Below are positions 47,563 through 56,017 of a DNA stretch of 64,000 bases, piece after piece (within the stretch, counting starts at the first letter, position 1; each line of letters begins with the position of its first letter). The notes beneath the pieces were generated by a model that worked only from the letters and a program-made list of their open reading frames with translations, ran no database searches and was not told where the DNA came from. This DNA is from a virus (taxonomy: Duplodnaviria; Caudoviricetes): positions 1 to 64,000 of the IMG/VR virus record IMGVR_UViG_2718218393_000006; one strand, written 5' to 3'. A program made the position numbers and the translations under genes.

Positions 47563-48180
47563 GTGAAAACCATCGCCACATTCTCGCAAAAAGGCGGCTC
47601 GGGTAAGTCTACCCTGGCCGTTCACCTGGGCGTCGCCGCGGAAGAGGACAGCTGCAAAGTCATCATCTTGGACCGCGACGATGCACAGGCCTCAAGTTCG
47701 CGCTGGGCCGCGTGCCGCGCAGCTGCAGCTCCCATCGTCCTCAAGACACCTCCGTCGAAGCTCCAGGGCGCACTCGATGCCGCCAGGACCAAGGCCTTCG
47801 GCCTGGCCATCATCGACGGGCCTCCGCACTCCTCGCCGGATGCCGCTGCAATCGCGCGGATCGCCGACATCATCCTGATTCCCGTCCGGCCGACGGCATT
47901 CGACCTGGCCGCGGTCGGCAATGCAGTGAAGATTGTCACCGCCGCGGGCAAGCAGCCGCTGTTCGTGCTGTCCGCCTGCCCTTCTCGCGTGCCGGAGGTA
48001 GCCGACGCACGCCAGGCACTGGCCGACTTTGGTGACGTGGCGCCGGTGGAGATCGGCGAACGCATTGCATTTTCACGCGCCATCGCCACCGGCCGATCGG
48101 TGACGGAGTTCGACTCTCGCGGCAAGGCTGCGGCCGAGATTCGTGCGTTGTGGCAGTGGATCAAGGAGAGGGCGAAATGA
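47563..48180 (+). CDS. parA: ParA/ParF-family partition ATPase
   Basis: QKGGSGKST, IIDGPP, ILIPVRP; GGAG RBS and GTG start. Confidence 0.92.
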   Translation: MKTIATFSQKGGSGKSTLAVHLGVAAEEDSCKVIILDRDDAQASSSRWAACRAAAAPIVLKTPPSKLQGALDAARTKAFGLAIIDGPPHSSPDAAAIARIADIILIPVRPTAFDLAAVGNAVKIVTAAGKQPLFVLSACPSRVPEVADARQALADFGDVAPVEIGERIAFSRAIATGRSVTEFDSRGKAAAEIRALWQWIKERAK

Positions 48181-48422
48181 GTAAGACCAGCCTGAAGGAT
48201 TTCTTGGGCGCCGGCGAGGCGGAGCTGCCCGCCAAGGAAGGGAAGCCGCTGCCGGAATACGTGTCGATCAAGGTGAAGGTCCACCCCGACGACCATCGCC
48301 GGCTCTCGGACCTAGCCAAGGCGGAACGGCCGTCCAGCCTGCAAGACCTTGGCGTGGAAGGCTTCAATCGCGTGCTTGCAGAGCGCGGTCTGCCGCCGCT
48401 GCGCCCCTACAAAGATGGGTAA
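48177..48422 (+). CDS. Small ParG-like (RHH-type) partner
   Basis: ATGA overlap with parA; beta strand then two helices. Confidence 0.65.
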   Translation: MSKTSLKDFLGAGEAELPAKEGKPLPEYVSIKVKVHPDDHRRLSDLAKAERPSSLQDLGVEGFNRVLAERGLPPLRPYKDG

Positions 48423-48494
48423 ATGCCCATTTGGGCAGTTGCCCACTTGCTCACCTGCTCATTTACCCATTTGCGCACATGCGCAATTGCCCAC
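48415..48494. repeat. Ten degenerate 8-bp tandem units (putative centromere)
   Basis: ATGGGTAA ATGCCCAT TTGGGCAG TTGCCCAC TTGCTCAC CTGCTCAT TTACCCAT TTGCGCAC ATGCGCAA TTGCCCAC. Confidence 0.7.
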
Positions 48495-48510
48495 GGAATT
48501 GGAGAGTTAA

Positions 48511-48627
48511 ATGATCGACATCGACGCCATCATCGATGGCATGGGCTGGTCGCTGGATGCCAGCGAGCGTGCAGATATGCGCCGGCTGTATCAGGCCATG
48601 CTCGCTGCCGCGCCGTCGCCCAATTGA
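48511..48627 (+). CDS. 38-aa hypothetical protein
   Basis: GGAG RBS; GC-rich third codon positions. Confidence 0.45.
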   Translation: MIDIDAIIDGMGWSLDASERADMRRLYQAMLAAAPSPN

Positions 48628-48712
48628 CACACAATCCGCGCATCATCCGCTGTAAATTTGCGTAATTAACGCACCCTTGCCATGCTGATTGCAAATCTAG
48701 GAGCAATCCGCC

Positions 48713-48916
48713 ATGCGCCTCTACCTATCCCCCGACCGCTACTACGCTATCGCCATCCAGCTGGATCTGTTCGACAGGCCGGTGATCGTGCGCGCCTGGG
48801 GCGGCCGCGGGAGCAGGCGCGGAGGCATGGCAACGGAACCATTCAGCACGGCGCGACTCAAGGACATTGACCGTCGCCGGCGACGGCATGGCTACCAACT
48901 ACACAGGCCCAACTGA
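48713..48916 (+). CDS. WGR-like domain protein
   Basis: RYY...DLF...V.RAWGG.G...RRRHGY. Confidence 0.7.
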   Translation: MRLYLSPDRYYAIAIQLDLFDRPVIVRAWGGRGSRRGGMATEPFSTARLKDIDRRRRRHGYQLHRPN

Positions 48917-49446
48917 TGAAACTCTCCGCCCTGCTCCTCGTCGGCGCTCTTGCAGCGCCGTTTTCTATTGCTGCGCCGCTGCCGGCCGGCGCCGACTATG
49001 AGGTCGGGTTCTCGCCCAATGCCGGCGGCCTAGTACTGGTCTTGCAGGGCATCGACGGCGCGAAGTCGTCGATTCTGGTCGCGGCCTACTCATTCACCAG
49101 CAAGCCCATTGCCGAGTCGCTGCTGAATGCCCACAAGCGCGGCGTGAAGGTGCAAGTCGTCGCCGACGAAAAGAGCAACCGCAAGGGTTATAGCGCCGCA
49201 CAGTTCCTGGCCAATCAAGGCGTGCCGGTCCGGCTCAATGGCAACTATGCCATCTTCCACCACAAATTCATGGTGATCGACGGCCAGAACGTCGAGACCG
49301 GCTCGTTCAACTACAGCGCGGCGGCTGCCAATCGAAATGCCGAGAATGTGCTCCTGCTGCGCAACGTGAAGCCGCTGGCGAACAAGTACGCGGCTGAGTG
49401 GACAAGACTGTGGGACGAGGCCACCCCCTTGCCGAAGGCATACTGA
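48916..49446 (+). CDS. Secreted phospholipase D-family endonuclease (Nuc-like)
   Basis: Signal peptide; HHKFMVID (HxKxxxxD) and GSFN. Confidence 0.9.
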   Translation: MKLSALLLVGALAAPFSIAAPLPAGADYEVGFSPNAGGLVLVLQGIDGAKSSILVAAYSFTSKPIAESLLNAHKRGVKVQVVADEKSNRKGYSAAQFLANQGVPVRLNGNYAIFHHKFMVIDGQNVETGSFNYSAAAANRNAENVLLLRNVKPLANKYAAEWTRLWDEATPLPKAY

Positions 49447-49470
49447 AATCCGTTTTGATATTCCCTCACC

Positions 49471-49513
49471 TGTGGTGTAATTTGAATTTGTACGAATTCA
49501 TAATTTCACCACA
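49471..49513. promoter_or_regulatory. Long imperfect palindrome immediately upstream of umuD
   Basis: TGTGGTG-TAATT-TGAATT...AATTCA-TAATT-T-CACCACA. Confidence 0.55.
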
Positions 49514-49939
49514 ATGGCCTCCATCCCCCACTTGATCCCGCAACCCGGCGGCCAGCCGGTGTCGCTCGTTCTGGCCCCGGTTCGTGCCGGGTTTCCGTCA
49601 CCAGCTGACGACTACCTCGACGACAGCATCAACCTGCATGAGTACCTGGTGGAGGATCCGCCGGCGACGTTCATCGTCCGTGTGCGCGGTGACTCCATGA
49701 TCGGCGCCGGCATCGACAACGGCGACCTGCTAGTGGTGGACAAAGGGCTGACCGCAAACCATGGGGACATAGTGATCGCCGTGCTAGACGGCGAGTTCAC
49801 CGTCAAGCGTCTGCACCGCATACGCGGTCACTGCGCGCTGATCGCCGAGAACCCGGCCTACCCTCCTATCCGGCTGGCCGATGGTCAAGAACTGGAGGTC
49901 TGGGGCGTGGTGCGCGGCTGCGTGAAACGGTTCCGCTGA
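49514..49939 (+). CDS. umuD: UmuD-like S24 protein
   Basis: AGFPSPA cleavage site; GDSM; FTVKRL. Confidence 0.93.
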   Translation: MASIPHLIPQPGGQPVSLVLAPVRAGFPSPADDYLDDSINLHEYLVEDPPATFIVRVRGDSMIGAGIDNGDLLVVDKGLTANHGDIVIAVLDGEFTVKRLHRIRGHCALIAENPAYPPIRLADGQELEVWGVVRGCVKRFR

Positions 49940-51195
49940 TGTTCGCCCTGGTCGACGGCAACAGCTTCTATGCGTCCTGCGAGCGGGTATTCCGGCCCGA
50001 TCTCGCCGGCAGGCCCATCGTGGTGCTGAGTAATAACGACGGATGCGTCGTCGCCGCCAGCGCCGAGGCCAAGGCCTTGGGCCTGAAAATGTTCGGCCCC
50101 TTCTTCGAAATCGCCGGGCTCTGCCGGCGGCACAAGGTGGCGGTGTTCTCAAGCAATTACGCGCTTTACGGCGACATGAGCCACCGCATGATGCGCGTAC
50201 TGTCCGAGTTCGCGGTGGACCAAGAGGTCTATTCCATCGATGAATCCTTCCTGGAGATGGAGGGCATGCCCGATCTGGACAGCCACGGCCACCGCATCCG
50301 GCAAGCCGTTCTACAACGGGTAGGAATCCCAACATGTGTCGGGTTTGGCACATCGAAGACTCTTGCCAAGCTGGCCAACCGCGTAGCGAAGAAGCGCAGC
50401 GAATGGGGTGGCGTGTTCGCATGGGACTGGCTGACCGCGGCCGAGGCCGACGCTCTGATGGGGCGAATTCCCGTCGGGGATGTGTGGGGCATCGGCGGCC
50501 GACTAACCGAAAAGCTGGGCGCGATGGGCATCACCACCGCGCTGCAGCTCAAACGCATCGACCCGCGCCGGATCAAGCGTGCTTTTTCGGTCGTGGTGGA
50601 GCGCACAGTGCAGGAGCTGAACGGGGTATCCTGCCTGGCCCTGGAAGACGTGGCGCCGGCGAAACAGCAAATCATCGCGAGCAGATCATTCAGCGAAAAA
50701 GTCACCGACCTGGCCACCCTCGCCGCATCCGTCGCCCACCACGCCGCGCGCGGCGCCGAGAAGCTGCGCCAGCAGCGCAGCGCGGCCAAGTTGGTAGCGG
50801 TCCAAATTATGACCAGCCCGTTTTCCGATGAACCGCAATACCGACCCTATATCGTGGTGCCGCTTGTTCAGCCCAGCAACGACACGCTGCTGATCACCCG
50901 CGCGGCGTTGGCAGGCTTACGCCACGTTTACCGGCCAGGCTTCCGCTATCACAAGGCAGGCATCATGCTGCTTGAGATCGGCGACCAGGCCATACAGCAA
51001 TCGGACCTGTTCGCTGCGCCGCCTGATCCGCGCCGCGCGCGGCTGATGGCTGCGATGGACAAGATCAATCGGAACTGGGGACGTGGCACGCTGCGTACCG
51101 CCGCCGAGCAACTGACCGAGGGATGGCACATGCGGCAGGATCTGCGCTCGCCGTGCTACTCGACGCGGATTGACCAGCTATTGAGCGTCGGCTGA
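49939..51195 (+). CDS. umuC: Y-family DNA polymerase V subunit
   Basis: [21 protein letters not shown]; TGATG coupling with umuD. Confidence 0.95.
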   Translation: MFALVDGNSFYASCERVFRPDLAGRPIVVLSNNDGCVVAASAEAKALGLKMFGPFFEIAGLCRRHKVAVFSSNYALYGDMSHRMMRVLSEFAVDQEVYSIDESFLEMEGMPDLDSHGHRIRQAVLQRVGIPTCVGFGTSKTLAKLANRVAKKRSEWGGVFAWDWLTAAEADALMGRIPVGDVWGIGGRLTEKLGAMGITTALQLKRIDPRRIKRAFSVVVERTVQELNGVSCLALEDVAPAKQQIIASRSFSEKVTDLATLAASVAHHAARGAEKLRQQRSAAKLVAVQIMTSPFSDEPQYRPYIVVPLVQPSNDTLLITRAALAGLRHVYRPGFRYHKAGIMLLEIGDQAIQQSDLFAAPPDPRRARLMAAMDKINRNWGRGTLRTAAEQLTEGWHMRQDLRSPCYSTRIDQLLSVG

Positions 51196-51810
51196 TTTTG
51201 CCAGCGCCGGAGCCGCTTGCATCAGCTCGGCCGTGAACGGTGCCAGCATCGCCCTGGCCAGCTCCGGCTCGCGGCACGCCAGCCAGTCGCCGTAACGCTC
51301 GCGCGGCAGGATCACCAGCGAGCGTTTTTCATCGCCCAGCTTGTGCATGCGCTTCATCAGCGGGTGCTCGTCGGCGTTGATTGTGATCTGCGTGAACGCA
51401 TGCGAGACGCCCCCCTCCGGCTCTTGCCACTCCCGCCACATGCCGGCGACGGCGAAGGGCTCGCCATCGGCCCGGCCGATCCTTGTTCGCACTGCTTTGC
51501 CAGTCTCGTAGCAGGGCTCGAAAAATGCCTGCATCGGTACCAGGCACAACTGACATTTGCGCCACGTGGCCTTGTACGTGGGTTTCTCACCAATCGTCTC
51601 AGCGCGTGCGTTCATGGTCGTAATGCGCACGCCAGGCGGCTGATGGCGCTTTGGCACGAAACCATAGGTCGCCAGCCTCAGGCCGTCGCGAGTGATGATC
51701 GGCGCAGCGTAGTCCTGCCAGCAATCAGGCTTCCAAAGGCCGTCTTCGACCTCATAACCAAAGTGCAGGCGAATCTGCTGCGCCGAGGGTGGTGTGAAGT
51801 TGACGCACAT
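51178..51810 (-). CDS. SOS response-associated peptidase (SRAP)
   Basis: N-terminal MC; NARAET, FFEP, MKRMH motifs. Confidence 0.9.
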   Translation of the reverse strand: MCVNFTPPSAQQIRLHFGYEVEDGLWKPDCWQDYAAPIITRDGLRLATYGFVPKRHQPPGVRITTMNARAETIGEKPTYKATWRKCQLCLVPMQAFFEPCYETGKAVRTRIGRADGEPFAVAGMWREWQEPEGGVSHAFTQITINADEHPLMKRMHKLGDEKRSLVILPRERYGDWLACREPELARAMLAPFTAELMQAAPALAKSADAQ

Positions 51811-51857
51811 GCATACAGCATAGCAAAATCGCCAAACTATATTTAAAGATTGAAGAA

Positions 51858-52277
51858 ATGCTGAAAAGGCTTGCGGTGGTAGTTTGGTGGATAGGACTTT
51901 TCACACTTGCGATTGCTGCTTTTGCACAGCTTGGTATCGCATATGATGCATATGAGTGCAGACGCACGCACTCTGCACAGCTGGAAGCTGCCAAACATGA
52001 ATACGAAAAATTAAAACGGCTCCCCACCCTGCCTCACAAGAGTCCATCTTCGTCCAATCCGCTCATGAATGACCCTGCACTAGACAAGAGTCTACAAGAA
52101 TTCTCAGCAATGGTTGCCATGCAAAAGGAAGAGCAGGGGCTGAATGCCTGTATTCACGACCACCTTGGATTTTCATTAGGGGCAGTGATATTTGCCATTA
52201 TTGTGGCAGCCTGTTTCTGGAGCATAAGTTTTGTGTTGGGCGGATTTTTCCTCCGCCCACCTAGAACTCCGCAATAG
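51858..52277 (+). CDS. 2-TM accessory membrane protein
   Basis: N- and C-terminal TMs; lower GC; opposite strand to the lysis genes. Confidence 0.65.
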   Translation: MLKRLAVVVWWIGLFTLAIAAFAQLGIAYDAYECRRTHSAQLEAAKHEYEKLKRLPTLPHKSPSSSNPLMNDPALDKSLQEFSAMVAMQKEEQGLNACIHDHLGFSLGAVIFAIIVAACFWSISFVLGGFFLRPPRTPQ

Positions 52278-52285
52278 AATGCTTG

Positions 52286-52765
52286 TTACGGTTGCCGATC
52301 GGACTGAATCAACGCCTGACAGGCAGCGAGCTGCCTGGCGACGTCATCGGCTTCGCCGGCGAGCCGTAGAGCATCTTCTCCATGCGCGGCAAGAAAGTCG
52401 CCTCCCGCGGCACCATCACGCTGGCCGGCGCCGGCGGCAACTGCGGGCAGATCGCCGCGCTCGGCGGCAGGTTGCTGCTGGCGCAGCCGGAGAGCAGCAG
52501 CATGGCGAGCCAGAGCGGCTTGCAGTTCGAGTTGTCCATTTTCCAATTCCTTTTCGTAGGCGAGCGCCGTGGCCGCATCATCTGCTGCCGCCTGGTGCTC
52601 GCGCGCCCGGGCTGCCTGAGTGGCAGCTACCTGCTGCTGGGCCTGGCTGGCGCGCGCCACTGCGACGTCACGCTGGGCGATCACGGCCCGCATCTCCCAG
52701 CCCAGAAATGCCAAGGCCGCCAGAGCGGCGGCCAGTCCAATTTCCCTCCACGGCATCATCATCAT
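52286..52765 (-). CDS. i-spanin (Rz-like)
   Basis: N-terminal TM, coiled coil, A..AD..A.QL.ACQ. Confidence 0.85.
   Translation of the reverse strand: MMMMPWREIGLAAALAALAFLGWEMRAVIAQRDVAVARASQAQQQVAATQAARAREHQAAADDAATALAYEKELENGQLELQAALARHAAALRLRQQQPAAERGDLPAVAAGAGQRDGAAGGDFLAAHGEDALRLAGEADDVARQLAACQALIQSDRQP
52309..52539 (-). CDS. o-spanin (Rz1-like lipoprotein) embedded in Rz
   Basis: Lipobox LSGC and Pro-rich CPQLPPAP in the alternate frame. Confidence 0.75.
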   Translation of the reverse strand: MDNSNCKPLWLAMLLLSGCASSNLPPSAAICPQLPPAPASVMVPREATFLPRMEKMLYGSPAKPMTSPGSSLPVRR

Positions 52766-53016
52766 CCACCTCCTTTTGCCTTAGCCAGTACAACAATGCC
52801 GGCCCAGATCGCTCCCAGCAGACCGATCACAATGCCACCGGCCAGTGCCCGCAGCACGGCATCCGCCACCCCATCCACCCGCTTGGCCAGCTTCACCGCC
52901 TCACTCACTCCAGATTCATCGAGTGCTTGGCGAGCGCCAGCCTTCGCTGCAGCCTCCAGCAGTGCCCGGAACTCTTCTCGCGGCAGCACGACTTCATCAC
53001 CCATTTCATTCTCCAA
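52762..53016 (-). CDS. Small single-TM lysis-region protein
   Basis: C-terminal TM; packing. Confidence 0.6.
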   Translation of the reverse strand: MENEMGDEVVLPREEFRALLEAAAKAGARQALDESGVSEAVKLAKRVDGVADAVLRALAGGIVIGLLGAIWAGIVVLAKAKGGG

Positions 53017-53620
53017 AATAGGCCCGATACTTCGGGCGCCGAACGACCATCACGTTGCGGACATGCGTATTGGTGATATCGGCGAAGGACTGCCCATAAC
53101 CGGCCTGCTTGCGCCGGGACTGGCCGCTGGCCTTGTCCAGCCCGCCGAACCAACGCGCCGGATCGCAACCCGCCATATTGGCGCACAAGCGGCGTCGTTG
53201 CAGCACCGAGCCGAAGCCGGAATTGTAGGCCGCGTCCATCATCGCCAGCCTGTCCTCTCCCTCGGCCCAGCGGATCAACCGGTAGTTGTCCCGGTTCTTC
53301 AGCACCATCGCCGTCAGCTGGCAGTGCGGATCAAAGGCGTTCACCCAGCCCCAGCCCCGCAGCTCTGGATGGCGCGCCGCCATCTCCTGGATCGCGTCGA
53401 AGCGCACGCTGCCGTCCGCCCGATACGCCTTGGTGAACTGGCCGAGCCCGGCGCCGTACTCGCGGGAAGTCTTCAGGACCGCCCACTCGCGCCATCCGCT
53501 CTCCTGCTCCACCTGGGCCGCCAGCACGGAACGCGACGGCATGTCAGGCCAATGCTGTGTCGCGGCGGCATTCAACAGCGGCAGCAAGGCCAACGCGCCG
53601 GCGCTCAGCCCCGCAGCCAC
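53006..53620 (-). CDS. Endolysin, lytic transglycosylase (SLT-like)
   Basis: QVEQES, GAGLGQF, AAYNSG. Confidence 0.88.
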   Translation of the reverse strand: MAAGLSAGALALLPLLNAAATQHWPDMPSRSVLAAQVEQESGWREWAVLKTSREYGAGLGQFTKAYRADGSVRFDAIQEMAARHPELRGWGWVNAFDPHCQLTAMVLKNRDNYRLIRWAEGEDRLAMMDAAYNSGFGSVLQRRRLCANMAGCDPARWFGGLDKASGQSRRKQAGYGQSFADITNTHVRNVMVVRRPKYRAYFGE

Positions 53621-53895
53621 AGCACACCGCCGATCACCACGGCCGCCATGAACAGCCGGTCGGCCAGCACCACCAGCGCGGCGCCGGTAGGAGCATGCAG
53701 GGCGATGTCAGCAGCCTCAGACACGTCGACATGGAACAACGCCTTGCGCAGCAGCAGCGCCACGCCCACCAGCACCGGCAGGGCCAAGCCGAGTTGAAGC
53801 CAGGTGACGGCGACGACGCGGTCAATCCAGAGCAGCGCCAGCGCCGCCGGCAGGATGAGGGCGTAGATTCGATAGTCGTGTAGTTTTTTCAGCAT
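53605..53895 (-). CDS. Putative holin
   Basis: 96 aa, 2-3 TMs, upstream of the endolysin. Confidence 0.65.
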   Translation of the reverse strand: MLKKLHDYRIYALILPAALALLWIDRVVAVTWLQLGLALPVLVGVALLLRKALFHVDVSEAADIALHAPTGAALVVLADRLFMAAVVIGGVLWLRG

Positions 53896-53912
53896 GATTG
53901 CTCCCAAATGAA

Positions 53913-54203
53913 TCAGGGCCGGTTTTGCCGGCCCTGGTGGATTGCTCTTGCGTTGTTGATCAGCACCGCGGTGTAAATCACCGCAAGGATGGCGTATGCC
54001 GGCCATGGCGGCCGCAGCCACCAGCACGCGGCCAGCAGCGCCAACTTGGTCAGCAGCAGCGCTGCCTGGACGCCGACCCGGCGCATGATGCGCGCCAGCC
54101 AGCCGTTGGCCTCGCGTCCGATCCCGGTGCGCAGCGCGTACCAGGTGCTGGCAATGTCCAGTAGTTGCTGGATGGCCACGATGAACATCAGCAGGCGCAT
54201 CAC
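53913..54203 (-). CDS. Small membrane protein (DUF5658-like)
   Basis: LD..ST..AL..G.G.EAN motif. Confidence 0.6.
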   Translation of the reverse strand: MMRLLMFIVAIQQLLDIASTWYALRTGIGREANGWLARIMRRVGVQAALLLTKLALLAACWWLRPPWPAYAILAVIYTAVLINNARAIHQGRQNRP

Positions 54204-54511
54204 AACGCACTCACCGTCGTGGCATTCGCGAGTTGTGCGCGCAGATCCGCGATTTCCGCGTCGCGCGCCTTCAGTTGCTGCTGCAGCGCCTCAACCTCGG
54301 CCAGCGCGTTGAGGTTGAGCGCGGCGGCGATGTCGCCCAGCGGCTCGCCGGCGGCGCCGGCCACCAGCGCCACTGGCTGGGCCATGCCGGTTTCCGCTCT
54401 GGACTCACCGGTCAATGCGTTTTTGGCCTCGGCGGCGTAGATCACATGCGCGCCGGCGATGCCGGCCGCCGTGCCGCGCACCAGGAATTCATACAAATAG
54501 GGTTCGCTCAT
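54200..54511 (-). CDS. Hypothetical protein
   Basis: Packing after the fibre gene; C-terminal coiled coil. Confidence 0.6.
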   Translation of the reverse strand: MSEPYLYEFLVRGTAAGIAGAHVIYAAEAKNALTGESRAETGMAQPVALVAGAAGEPLGDIAAALNLNALAEVEALQQQLKARDAEIADLRAQLANATTVSAL

Positions 54512-54518
54512 ATAGCCC

Positions 54519-55421
54519 TCAGAGGTCTGTCATGGTTGGAATTCGCCATTTCTGGCCGTTGCTGAAAACGTGCGTTGGCCCATTCGGACCGTCCGTGATG
54601 TATGCGATGCCGGATGGCGACGAGTTGGCGGCCGGCAGCGTCGCCCGGGTGAAATACCCGACATTGACAACCCCCGCCGTCACCATGTTGCCGTTTCGGG
54701 TATCGACGAACCACCGCCATGGCGCCGCGCTCCACCCGCCAACGCCAAAAATCCCGTCGTTTCGCAGCGCGAGCTTTGTGCCGTAGACGCCCGTACATTC
54801 AAACGAGATGGCTGCCACGCTCGAGTCACCCGTGCCGCCTGCATTTCGCACCCGCAGCGCGGCCGAACTATCACCGCCCACCATCACGCAGTTCACCGCT
54901 GCCGACAGCGGCCGGCCGTCTGCATCCGTCGCCGCAGGGGTGATGTTGCCGGAGTGCCAGACGCGATACTCATTACCAGACGCCTCCATCAGCATCAGGG
55001 TGTCGGCGCCATAGCCCTTATGCACTAACGCCACTCCGCTCTTGCCAGGGCGATGCAGGCCCAGGGACGGATAGTCGGTTCCTGTTGCCCCGGCAGAACT
55101 CAATGTCAGCGTGCCGCCGCTGTATGCGTTTGAATCGTATGTTGTAGGTGTGGTTTTCCGGATACTGGCGGTGTAGGGGCTATCAAGAGCAATCGCGACG
55201 ACGCCGTAGCCGGTCAGCGTCGTCGCCTTGTCGGCTTTGCCGCCGAGGGCGCCGGAAATGGCCCGCCACGATGGCACCTGCCGCGTGCTGCCGTCCTCCG
55301 CGACGATCGTCGCCGTGTCCGAGTTCTGGTCGAACACGCTCCAGTAGCTGCGCGCGGCGACATACCACGCCTGCTGCATTTTCCCCAGCCCCGCGGCGAG
55401 ACCTGCCCAATCATCCGCCAT
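54519..55421 (-). CDS. Tail fibre protein
   Basis: DG...VPSW, TTLTGYG, VWHSGN, FGVGGWS fibre motifs. Confidence 0.75.
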   Translation of the reverse strand: MADDWAGLAAGLGKMQQAWYVAARSYWSVFDQNSDTATIVAEDGSTRQVPSWRAISGALGGKADKATTLTGYGVVAIALDSPYTASIRKTTPTTYDSNAYSGGTLTLSSAGATGTDYPSLGLHRPGKSGVALVHKGYGADTLMLMEASGNEYRVWHSGNITPAATDADGRPLSAAVNCVMVGGDSSAALRVRNAGGTGDSSVAAISFECTGVYGTKLALRNDGIFGVGGWSAAPWRWFVDTRNGNMVTAGVVNVGYFTRATLPAANSSPSGIAYITDGPNGPTHVFSNGQKWRIPTMTDL

Positions 55422-55650
55422 TTTCTGCCCCCTCCAAAGAATCAGCCCCGCCGGTTTGATCCTGGCGGGGCTTCGGGAAATTTGTTTTTACGGCCCGGAT
55501 TCTGTCCAGCATCTGCCGCATCTCGTCGTTGAGCAGCTCCGGCGGCAGGCTGGCAACCCAGCGCCACAGCACGTCCCATTGGTCGCCCAGGGGCGGGTAC
55601 TGCGATTTGCGTGCGGCGCGGTGATCGCCGTGGTGATGGATCTGCATCAT
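55411..55650 (-). CDS. Hypothetical tail-associated protein
   Basis: R..QYP.LGDQ.D.LW...VK..FPK. Confidence 0.6.
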   Translation of the reverse strand: MMQIHHHGDHRAARKSQYPPLGDQWDVLWRWVASLPPELLNDEMRQMLDRIRAVKTNFPKPRQDQTGGADSLEGAENGG

Positions 55651-56012
55651 GTCGTCACCTCGAACACCGCGGACTGCATCGGCCATGCCTCAATCTGGAT
55701 GTGATGCCGCCCGGGCAGCGAGAACGACAGCTCGCACTCGCCGTCGTCGCAGCCATACGACGTGCCGTCCAGAACCAGCAAGCACGGCGCCGGCAGATCG
55801 CGCAGCACCATGCCGTCCAGCCGGGCCGGGTTCAGCGGCCGCACCTCGATCACCCCGTCGCTGCGGATATACTGCGTCAGCGGGTCAGCCTCGCCCTGCA
55901 ACAGTAGTTTGCCGCTGGCGAACTCCACCTCGACGTTTTCGAGCGAGGCGACGCCCGTCTGCAGAATACGGCCGGTTTCCTCCTCATACTCAATGATGCT
56001 GATTTTCTCCAT
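55647..56012 (-). CDS. Hypothetical tail-associated protein
   Basis: Packing after J. Confidence 0.6.
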   Translation of the reverse strand: MEKISIIEYEEETGRILQTGVASLENVEVEFASGKLLLQGEADPLTQYIRSDGVIEVRPLNPARLDGMVLRDLPAPCLLVLDGTSYGCDDGECELSFSLPGRHHIQIEAWPMQSAVFEVTT

Positions 56013-56017
56013 GTCCC

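Noticed and set aside
48423-48438. ATGCCCATTTGGGCAG resembles a CviR/lux box (CTGNCC-N4-GGNCAG, one mismatch)
   Set aside because: It falls in register within the 8-bp array next to the par genes, so a centromere explanation is simpler; cheap to test if LuxR is purified
46683-48494. CRISPR array
   Set aside because: Repeats are 6-12 bp without regular unique spacers, and there are no cas genes
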